The translations under genes were made by a program, and so were the position numbers. A DNA stretch of 33,039 nt from PVC group bacterium (GTDB lineage Bacteria; Verrucomicrobiota; Kiritimatiellia; CAIKKV01; PXCX01): the NCBI GenBank assembly GCA_003565195.1, contig PXCX01000138.1:1-33039 (forward strand). The letters are read 5' to 3'. Below the pieces are notes generated by a model, which saw only the letters and a list, made by a program, of their open reading frames with translations, was not told where the DNA came from and ran no database searches. Below are positions 9,848-18,200 of this stretch, piece by piece (the first letter of the stretch is position 1; each line of letters starts with the position of its first letter).

Positions 9848-10955
9848 TGCGGTCCTGCTGGGGCACGGCCGGGAATCGGGAGTGGAACGGTGTATCCGCG
9901 GTCTACTGGAAGCGCTCGCCCGTTATGGCCGGTTGCCATACCGGGTTTACTGTGCTCCCGGCAGCGATCTCGCGCATCTGGTAAGCGATAGGTTTAGTGT
10001 CGAAACTGTTGGTTTTCCAGTTCGCTCGCGGGGGTTACGTATTCTCTGGGAGCAAACCGTGCTGCCGTTGGTCTTACGGCGAGAAGCATCGGCTTTGTTG
10101 CATGCGCCCGGATATGTTGCGCCGCTGGCCGCGCCACCGCCGGTTGTCTTGACGGTTTACGATCTCGTGGCGTTACGTTTTCCCCAATGGGCAGCACGGG
10201 CAAATGCATGCCATTATCGTTGTCTGATGCCCGCTGCCATCCGGCGTGCGCGTGCCATCGTAACCCCCTCGACAACCGTACGCGACGATGTCATCCAACG
10301 ATTCCGGTTGCCACAATCCAAAGTTCATGTCATTGCGCCGGCCGTCGCACCACTCTTTTTCGAAACGCCCTCGGTTGACCAAACCGAATCCGTCCGGCGA
10401 CATTACCGGTTGCCGCCGCAATTTCTGCTCTATGTCGGCAATATCGAGCCCAAAAAAAATACGGAAGGTTTATTAAACGCCTATGCACGTTTGTGCCGGA
10501 TCGATCGCGAAACCCCGCCACTCGTGATGGTTGGCGAACTGGCCTGGAAATCGCAAAGTTTTGTTCGCCGTCGGCGTCAACTCGGATTGAATGCGCGGGT
10601 ACTCTGCCTCGGTCCGCTGCCGGACAGGGATTTGCACTTGATTTACGGGTTGGCAACCTTGTTGCTCATGCCGTCCTGGTACGAAGGATTCGGGTTGCCG
10701 TCGCTTGAAGCGATGGCTTGCGGAACGGCGGTGATCGTTTCAACCGGTGGCGCGCTACCGGAAACGGTTGGAGATGCGGCTGCCTGTCTTGACCCCGGCA
10801 ATGAGGCGGTATGGAGTCAAACCATCCATAAACTGCTTAAAGACGCCGGTCTCCGCGCCCGGATGACCAAACAAGGACGTAACCATGCCCGACAGTATAC
10901 GGCCACCGCGGTCGCCGAGCAACACGAAACCCTCTATCGCGCTATCGCCATATGA
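9822..10955 (+). CDS. glycosyltransferase, GT4 family (mannosyltransferase-like)
   Basis: YVGNIEPKKN, LLLMPSWYEGFGLPSLEAMACGTAVIVSTGGALPETV (EX7E region). It overlaps the preceding GT gene by 26 nt, which suggests co-transcription. Confidence 0.9.
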   Translation: MNTRPIVINAVLLGHGRESGVERCIRGLLEALARYGRLPYRVYCAPGSDLAHLVSDRFSVETVGFPVRSRGLRILWEQTVLPLVLRREASALLHAPGYVAPLAAPPPVVLTVYDLVALRFPQWAARANACHYRCLMPAAIRRARAIVTPSTTVRDDVIQRFRLPQSKVHVIAPAVAPLFFETPSVDQTESVRRHYRLPPQFLLYVGNIEPKKNTEGLLNAYARLCRIDRETPPLVMVGELAWKSQSFVRRRRQLGLNARVLCLGPLPDRDLHLIYGLATLLLMPSWYEGFGLPSLEAMACGTAVIVSTGGALPETVGDAAACLDPGNEAVWSQTIHKLLKDAGLRARMTKQGRNHARQYTATAVAEQHETLYRAIAI

Positions 10956-10980
10956 TGCTTTGCCGGTGCGCATTCCCTCA

Positions 10981-11009
10981 TTGACACTTGCGCGACTCGA
11001 GGGTATCAT
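10981..11009 (+). promoter_or_regulatory. sigma70-like promoter upstream of the 448-aa RRE-like protein gene
   Basis: TTGACA (10981-10986), 17-nt spacer, TATCAT (11004-11009). The next plausible start codon is the TTG at 11151, which implies a ~135-nt leader. Confidence 0.45.
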
Positions 11010-11150
11010 GACGCCATTGTAATCGAAGGTTACCCTTGATCGTTGAGGAGCGCAATTTCCAAAAACTCGACGATTTGAGACGCGTTACGAGAAGAGGATA
11101 CGACCATTAAAGTTCATGCCGTACATGCCGAACCTCCGCCAGGATTCAAG

Positions 11151-12497
11151 TTGTTGTGCTGGGAAGGAGCGGGCCTTTTCGCGCCTGAACGATGGGAGAT
11201 CGGACGGCATTCCGGTGATGCCGCTAAAGGTTTTTTCCGGATCGACAACGACCATCGGTTCGTGCTCCAATTGCGCTGGTGGACGGCAACGAAACCGGTG
11301 CCGATAGCGCGCCTGGTCGAGCAGCATGCACGTGAGGTTGCCGGTCGTAGGGATGCGCAGTTGCCCCGTTTCCAGAAAACCAATGATTTCCGGTTGCCGC
11401 AAGGGTCGCACGATCGCGCGTCCGCTTTTATTTCGAAGCCGTCCGGCGATGCACCCGCTGATTCTTCCGAACTGCTAGTTATCTGGCAGCGTAGCTCGGT
11501 GGCGCGCGTAATGATGATCCGGTTTATGATCGAACACGGTCAACCGGATCCGATCTGCCTGAAGTCCATGTTGTCGGGACTACGATTGCAAGGACCGCAG
11601 GAAACGCGGGATTGGGCGTTTCACGATCTGGCGTTTCAAACACCGCCGGACTGGCATCTGCAATTGGCGCATTTGTATGCCGGTGTCGCCTATCTCGAAT
11701 TTAAACATCGACGCGACCGGTTTGCGATCCGGCGTTTCAGTGTGGCCGATGCAGTCATGGGCACGACTACGCCCGCAATCGAGGATTTGACGCGCTGGTG
11801 CCGTGTGGTGTATGCCAAGGAATTTTTCGATATGCGATACCGCATCGAATTGATGACGGATCCGGCCGGCCGTCCGGGACTGCGGCTCAGCGGTTCGCGC
11901 CGCTGGCTGGCACCGATCGAGATGCGCTGGCTGCTTCCGCGGCATCGCCGTCTGCCGCGCCGGATCGACATTATCTGGGATGCGGCGGCCAACAAGATCT
12001 ATAACCTTGAGATTCGGCGTCCCTCGCTCGCGATGGAACCGATCCTGGGTACCGTCCAAAAAAGTCTGCGACTGAATCTAGCGGATGTGACCGCCAAAGT
12101 TTGCCAGGACGAACCGCCGAATGGCACGGTGCCGCCTCGCGCACGATCCCTTAATGCGCGCGTACGGAGGCGCAAGGAAGTTTATAGTGAAATCAACAAT
12201 CAGGGTCGCACTGTCCTGACCTACACGTTCCCAAGACCTCGCCGTTTGCGGGGACTACGTCTGTTGGCCGGCCTGGATTCCGGTCCGCAAAAGATCAAGC
12301 GCAAACTGGAACTGGATCTGATCGGTAGTTTGGTCTGGGAACGCTGTGACCGGTCGCCGAAGGTAAGGCAACTGATCGCGGATGTCCGGCAGCGATTCCT
12401 GATCAGCTACCGGGAAGCGGAACTTTCGGTTACGGAATTCATCCGTGCCATGGGTTCACGGGGACTGTTGTCCGTCCATATCGACGCCCCATCCTGA
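11151..12497 (+). CDS. hypothetical protein with C-terminal PqqD-like (RiPP recognition element-like) domain
   Basis: 448-aa ORF. In-frame upstream sequence is closed by a TGA at 11076-11078, and the first canonical start is the TTG at 11151 (AGGA 6 nt upstream). The last ~100 aa (nt ~12176-12494: ...RTVLTYTF...RKLELDLIGSLVWERCDRSPKVRQLIADVRQRFLISYREAELSVTEFIRAMGSRGLLSV) follow the PqqD-family pattern. I did not recognise the N-terminal ~340 aa. Confidence 0.7.
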   Translation: MLCWEGAGLFAPERWEIGRHSGDAAKGFFRIDNDHRFVLQLRWWTATKPVPIARLVEQHAREVAGRRDAQLPRFQKTNDFRLPQGSHDRASAFISKPSGDAPADSSELLVIWQRSSVARVMMIRFMIEHGQPDPICLKSMLSGLRLQGPQETRDWAFHDLAFQTPPDWHLQLAHLYAGVAYLEFKHRRDRFAIRRFSVADAVMGTTTPAIEDLTRWCRVVYAKEFFDMRYRIELMTDPAGRPGLRLSGSRRWLAPIEMRWLLPRHRRLPRRIDIIWDAAANKIYNLEIRRPSLAMEPILGTVQKSLRLNLADVTAKVCQDEPPNGTVPPRARSLNARVRRRKEVYSEINNQGRTVLTYTFPRPRRLRGLRLLAGLDSGPQKIKRKLELDLIGSLVWERCDRSPKVRQLIADVRQRFLISYREAELSVTEFIRAMGSRGLLSVHIDAPS

Positions 12498-12554
12498 AAT
12501 CCGCGGAGCTTGCGAACGTACAACGCATCGCGATAAGGCGGCGGAAAAAAAACG

Positions 12555-13283
12555 TCAGCCAATGTTTCCGACTTTAATCCGCAGTTCGGAGGCGTTGGCA
12601 ATGCGTTCAATCTTCCCATCAGCGACCCAAACGACGCGATCGGAAACCGCCAACATGGCGTGATCGTGGGTTGCGGTAATAACGGTCACTCCGAATTTGC
12701 GACTCAATTCGCGCAGCAGAACGATGATTTGCTCACCGGTATGCAAGTCCAGGTTGGCGGTCGGTTCGTCGGCCAGCAGAATGGTTGGTCGGTTGACGAT
12801 GGCGCGGGCGATAGCAACCCGTTGTTGCTGGCCGCCGGACAACTCGTCCGGCCGATGAGAACAGCGGTCGGAAAGTCCCACTTCTTCCAGCGCTTCAAAG
12901 GCACGCTGGCCGGCTTCAGCAGGTGTGGCGCCGGCCAATGCTGCCGGCAAGGCCACGTTTTTGTGAGCCGTCAACGAGGAAATCAAATTGTAGGATTGAA
13001 AAATATAGCCCATATGCCGACTACGGAAATAGGCTGTCTGACGGTCCGTGATCTGATTGAGAAAAATGCTGCCGATTTCAACCGTCCCGCTTGAGGGTAA
13101 ATCCAGTGCGCCGATCATGTTAAAGAGCGTTGACTTGCCGGAACCAGAGGGGCCCATAACCGAAAGGTATTCTCCTTCGGTCACGTCTAGGTTGATACCG
13201 TCCAGCGCATGAACTTCGCCCCGCCCCGTTTTAAACGTTTTACAAACGTCACGCACTTCGATAATGGTGTTGTCGTGTTCCAT
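12555..13283 (-). CDS. ABC transporter ATP-binding protein, MacB/LolD/FtsE-like
   Basis: Walker A GPSGSGKST, Q-loop IFQSYNL, signature LSGGQQQR, Walker B ILLADEPTANLD, H-loop THDH. The start lies 1 nt after the stop of the upstream membrane-protein gene. Confidence 0.95.
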   Translation of the reverse strand: MEHDNTIIEVRDVCKTFKTGRGEVHALDGINLDVTEGEYLSVMGPSGSGKSTLFNMIGALDLPSSGTVEIGSIFLNQITDRQTAYFRSRHMGYIFQSYNLISSLTAHKNVALPAALAGATPAEAGQRAFEALEEVGLSDRCSHRPDELSGGQQQRVAIARAIVNRPTILLADEPTANLDLHTGEQIIVLLRELSRKFGVTVITATHDHAMLAVSDRVVWVADGKIERIANASELRIKVGNIG

Positions 13284-13284
13284 C

Positions 13285-15228
13285 TCAATACCCCAACTGG
13301 AAAATGGACTGGCTAAGAAAGGTAATGCCGACGCACAGCATGGCGATCAAGCCCATGCCGCAACCGAATCCCGCAGAAATCACCGGAATCATTTTCCGCC
13401 ACTGCGGTCCGAACTTCTTTTGAAAATGGAACCGCCCGATCAGGGCGCCGAAAAACATCAGGAACATGCTATGCGGCATCGTCTGGTTCAGTCCCCGCAC
13501 GAACCCGTAGGCCAGCAGGATGGGTGCTCCGAACACAGCCAGGATAATATACGTCAAAAGACCCGCGACGCTGCCGGCCCCGATATAAAGCAGGTTTAGC
13601 GCCTTGTAAAAGGGCGAGAATTCATCCATCGTCGCTCCCCAGGTAATCGTTTGATTTAAGGCCTGGAACTCCCACATGCGTTGAGCGAACGGATAGGCCG
13701 CCGAGGGGATCGGCGCCAGCGACCAGATGAAATTGGCAAACACAATCGAGCACACCAGAATAAATGGCACCAGAAAGAAATCGGCTTTCCAAACCGACCA
13801 GAAACGGGTTCCAGTGAGTTCGGCCTGACGGTAAAAAACCGTATCGCTACCGTAGTTACTAAGCGGAATCGGCAGAAACCAGATTTTAAGTCCTTCGTAT
13901 CCGGACAGGATAAAACCCGCCTCCCTGACCAACGGCAGGTTGACAGCCTGGCCGCACATACCCTCCAAACGGGCGGTTACATAACTCATCACCGGTGTGT
14001 AAACCAATCCGTAAAAACAAAGAACGATCATCACGCCGCGATGCCAGTCGATCAACCAACCACTTAACAAAATGTACAAGCTCACATAACCGAAATAAAA
14101 GGAGAGAATCCCCCAGTTCGGAATGTCACCCCGTCCGGGCGGCGCGCCCAACAGTTCATCCTGCACCGTTTGACCAGCCTTACTGCGTTTCACCGAAGAC
14201 CAGACGGAGTAGAACCCGATCAGCGCCACTGCCAGCGACAGACCGACACTGAAGGAAAAATAAAAGTCGATCGTATTTTTGTACAACGTGACAATCGTTC
14301 CGTCGCCCGGTCGCCATTCCGAGAGAATCCCGGCGCCATACAGAAACGGATTGACCACAATCGTGAAAACCACTCCCAGGAAACTGCCCAGAACAGCCCA
14401 GAATGGCATAACCATCCCGATGAAAAAGCTGCCCATATCGAAACTCATGCCGGTCGCGACTGCCGGCAGAAAGCCTTCGGTTTTGCCGGTCCAGTCCACG
14501 AACGGAATCGGCAGCGGCTGCATCGTCACATTAAAAATGGCGTTGGAAAGAACCGGGATCCCGAGATAAATAAATCCGAAAATCATGCCGATAGCGCCGC
14601 CGATCGAAAAATAGCGCCACCGCGGCGATTCCTCGTCGCCTTGTTCTTCCAGCGCCAGCATGCCCATGGCGCCGACCGGTGCCATGGGGAAGGGGAGCTT
14701 TTCGTAATCGCTGGTAAGCTTAAACAAACCGTATCCGAGAATTCGTCCGTCGACCCGTCCCAGAACACTGGTCAGGAAAACCAATCCCACGGCCGGCAGC
14801 CATTCCCGCATGAAGAACGAGCGTTGTCCCAACACTTCCGGATCGCTGGGCGCGAACCAGATAGGGAAATCGTTCTGCCATCCCTGAGCGTAGACCGCTT
14901 CGGACTGGACCACAAACTGATTCCACAGCAAACCGCTGAACGGCGTGGCCATGGCGGCGCTGCATAGATAAAAGAGGACAAATATCTCGGCGCGTTTCAA
15001 GGTTTTATGGGTGCGCCGTGCAACCTCCAGGAAAAGGATGGCCGTCACCCAGGTGGCGGCGTTGGTGGGACTCTGCCCCGCCACCAACCCCATATACATG
15101 GCTCCCGGCACCATCATGAGGGCGATAAATACTGCTGCGGCAAAGGATGTCCAGGTGAATCCGTCGTTAAATTCCGTCGGACGCTGGATCAGATCCCTAA
15201 ACTCTTCAAGTTCCTTGTCTAATTTCAT
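13285..15228 (-). CDS. polytopic membrane protein, OPT-superfamily-like (function unknown)
   Basis: 647 aa with many hydrophobic helices throughout. The N-terminal layout (helix - YMGLVAGQS - AATWVTAILFLEVARR) and a KLPFPMAPVGAMGM motif (nt 14659-14700) resemble OPT-family transporters by eye. ATGA start/stop overlap with the upstream giant gene at 15225-15228. Confidence 0.8.
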   Translation of the reverse strand: MKLDKELEEFRDLIQRPTEFNDGFTWTSFAAAVFIALMMVPGAMYMGLVAGQSPTNAATWVTAILFLEVARRTHKTLKRAEIFVLFYLCSAAMATPFSGLLWNQFVVQSEAVYAQGWQNDFPIWFAPSDPEVLGQRSFFMREWLPAVGLVFLTSVLGRVDGRILGYGLFKLTSDYEKLPFPMAPVGAMGMLALEEQGDEESPRWRYFSIGGAIGMIFGFIYLGIPVLSNAIFNVTMQPLPIPFVDWTGKTEGFLPAVATGMSFDMGSFFIGMVMPFWAVLGSFLGVVFTIVVNPFLYGAGILSEWRPGDGTIVTLYKNTIDFYFSFSVGLSLAVALIGFYSVWSSVKRSKAGQTVQDELLGAPPGRGDIPNWGILSFYFGYVSLYILLSGWLIDWHRGVMIVLCFYGLVYTPVMSYVTARLEGMCGQAVNLPLVREAGFILSGYEGLKIWFLPIPLSNYGSDTVFYRQAELTGTRFWSVWKADFFLVPFILVCSIVFANFIWSLAPIPSAAYPFAQRMWEFQALNQTITWGATMDEFSPFYKALNLLYIGAGSVAGLLTYIILAVFGAPILLAYGFVRGLNQTMPHSMFLMFFGALIGRFHFQKKFGPQWRKMIPVISAGFGCGMGLIAMLCVGITFLSQSIFQLGY

Positions 15229-18200
15229 GTTTGGGAATCATCCTCCCGGATGCCGAACCGTTCAGCCGTCATGCGGTAATAATGGTCCGCGGCATCATCT
15301 GGAATCGTGCGCCACAGAATAAACTGGTTGCGCAATTCGTGAATAAAAACACGGCTACTGCGTCGCCAGATCGCCGGGCTGCCGCTGCGTCGTTGCATGG
15401 CGACATGTACCTGATCGATACCCTCGATCCGGCTCGGCTGTGTCCAGAGACTAAAGGTTTGCGAAATTCCCTGATCAAACGGTTGCAGCCAGACATTGGC
15501 TTGCAGGGTAAAGCGTTCGTCCTTGTGCTGGACTTCGACGTCGTTGGCGGCGAAAAGGCCCACCGACTTTTCGCTATGCGACGCCAGATATTCTTCGAGA
15601 AAGCTGACCAGACCGACCATATCGTAATCAGAAACGGTGAACGGGAATTCCAGGCGCAACCAATCGCCTTCCGGTTCCGGCATACGCCACTGCCTTTGCG
15701 CGCCGGGATTGGCGGACCGCGATGCTCTGAAGGCCGGATACACTGTTGATGCCAAAACGGTCAGCATGACCATCAACAGGGTCAGCATCGCGTTCAACGA
15801 AGAATGGTTCATCGCCGGTGCGCCCACCCAGCCCTGTTGCGCCATCCATTCGACCAACTTTGAGAATACATGTGCAAACAGATATCCGCCCATGCCGCCT
15901 ACCACGGCGTAGACAGCGGCTTCAGCGAAAAACAGCGTTGCCACATGCCGCGGTCCGAGACCAAGAGCCGAAAAGGTGAAAATTTCGCGTTGCCGGTCGC
16001 TGACCGAGCTGAGCATCGTGCCGAAGATAATCAAGCCGCCGAGCACCAGCGGCACCACAACACGGGCAAGTCCGCCCATCGATACTTCCGTCGCGTATAA
16101 TGCCCGGAAATGGTCCCCGCCCGCAGCGAAACTAGCCCGCCGCGACAGTTGGATTGCCAAATCCGACGCAATTCGACGGGCTTGCGCTTCGGTTTGCGGC
16201 AAGAAAACCAAACTCCGAATCGGCATATTCAGGCGCGGGGCGCGCGGTTGCCATACCAGGGAAACCGTCTCGGGATCGAGCGGCGGATAATCTTCCAACT
16301 CCATTTCCTCGAGCCGTAACTCGATCGCCAGCGGATCGTTGGGATACTCCTGTTCAAGCTGGCGGTTAACCTCCTCCAGGTTCGGAGGGACGAAGGATGC
16401 GCCATCCAGCGTACGCAAAGCACCCAGGCGCACTGGATCAAACGTACCCCTTAACACATGGCGCTGCCCGGCCAATTCGATCACCGCTGCGCCGTTGGTC
16501 CGAACATGTTCCGGAAGACGACGGTAAATCTCCGGCGGCAGAAATACGCCGCCTTCCTCTGTGAATCCCTCGAGGTCGCCGTCCAGAATATCCCGCAGTT
16601 CGGGATACAATCTCAAGTCCTGTGGCGGCAGAGTTGCCTGCCCGCTGACCGTGAACACGGTATCGTCGGGGAAACGTCCGGCCATGCTTTCATGCTCGTC
16701 GGCAACGTTCCAAGTGCGGAAATAGCTATCCGCCTCGTCTTCATGCAGTTCCCGGAGCATCACAATGGCTTGTTCGTCAAAGGCGCTCCCAGGCACGGAC
16801 CCGATTTCCACGAGCGGCATGCGGGGTCCCGGCCCGACATAGATCTGCCGGACACCGTCCTCGCTTTTAAACGAGCCGAAGAACAGGATCGTGAAGGTCA
16901 GCAACAAGATGGTGACAGCGGTTAAAACGCTGCGCAGCGGTCGGCGTCGCATGGTGGCGATTCCCAGGGCGACTGCTGCCCCGATCATACCCCGAGCCGT
17001 TCGAGTGCTTTGGTGACTTGCGGTAGCCAAACCATGCAGTTTTCGCATTTCGTATTCGAACTTTTGCCACATAATGGCGATCACGAAGCTGCTCATGATG
17101 ATAATCACGAACGCCAGCAGTACCACGATGGGAAAACTTACGAACCGAAACGCCGGATGTACCAGGTAAAGGATGGTGAACACCACGCCGAACACCACAA
17201 CGAACCCGCCGATTTGACGATAAATATTGGGTGTGCCGATGACGGCGCGCTCGAACGCGAAAGCGAATGGAATAGCCAGCAGGAGCAAAATAACGATGGC
17301 TGTTACCAGATCGTTGGTAACGTCGCGTACCGGTTCGTAGACGCGCGCCGAATAGCCGCGCGAGGCCAGCGTCCGCGACCAGCGCTGGGCCGGCGAAACC
17401 GTCTCCGCCGTCGCCTGGTCAAGAAAACGTTCCGCTTGCGCATGCAAGCGTTCCAGCGAATGCTGCATGACGTTACGCCGCCGCAGGCTGTCTAGCCGGC
17501 TCTCGTTCAAAATCCAGGTGTCACGGGCCGACCGGAGCTGGGCATCCACGAATCCCGGTTCCGGCTCATAACCGTCACCGACCGGTTCGACTTCCGAGTT
17601 GTTTAGCAGCAATTGCGCCCCGTGCAACACCTTGTAGCGGCGTACACGTCCGGCATACACCGCCAGCATGTCGCCGCCCAAGGTTAAATTCATCTCTTTG
17701 GGCGCGCTCTCCGTTATCCCGTCGATGAAACGCACCGCCGCTTCACTGGCCAGGCCCATCGGTGTACGGATTCCAGCGAGCATGACCCGCACATCGGCTT
17801 CGCTGATCAGGATTTGGTTGCGGCGATCGGCGAAATACCAGCCGGCCAATTCCCAACTTCCGGCGACGCCGAGACCCCCGCCCGGCGAGCGTAAACTGAT
17901 GCCCTTGATCCGGCCTTGATCATCATGAAGCGCGGCCTGAATCGCCATGCGTGCACCTCGATCCGTCAGCAACGGAAACGTTCCGGCGTGACTGCTGTAC
18001 ATCAGGTGTCCGCCCCAACCGTGCAGCGGCGGTCGTTGGCTTACTCGCCCGCGCTCCATCGCCAGTACGACGGCACCCGGGGCATTCTCGCCCGCCTTGA
18101 AACGTTCGTCGTAATGGCGCACGTACGATCCGTCATAGCTCGTTCCGTCCCACTCGGGAACATTGAACGTCAAGGTGGCCGTCAACCGCGGCGGAATCCG

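Noticed and set aside
11116-11307. A 63-aa Cys-rich ORF (MPYMPNLRQDSSCCAGKER...CSNCAGG...) just upstream of and overlapping the RRE-like gene. It is tempting as a RiPP precursor peptide.
   Set aside because: It overlaps the first ~157 nt of the 448-aa ORF out of frame. The nearest SD-like GAGGA is 17 nt away. The composition (R/S/G/C-rich) looks like off-frame translation, and the overlapping frame has normal codon usage. It would need conservation or peptidomics evidence to be revived.
12498-12554. A possible bidirectional terminator between the convergent RRE-like and ATPase genes (TCCGC...GCGGA stem followed by an A8 run).
   Set aside because: The stem is only 5 bp and encloses ~35 nt. 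The homopolymer is A on the plus strand, so for the plus-strand gene there is no U-tail. On the minus strand the U-run precedes the stem rather than following it. This does not look like a convincing intrinsic terminator.
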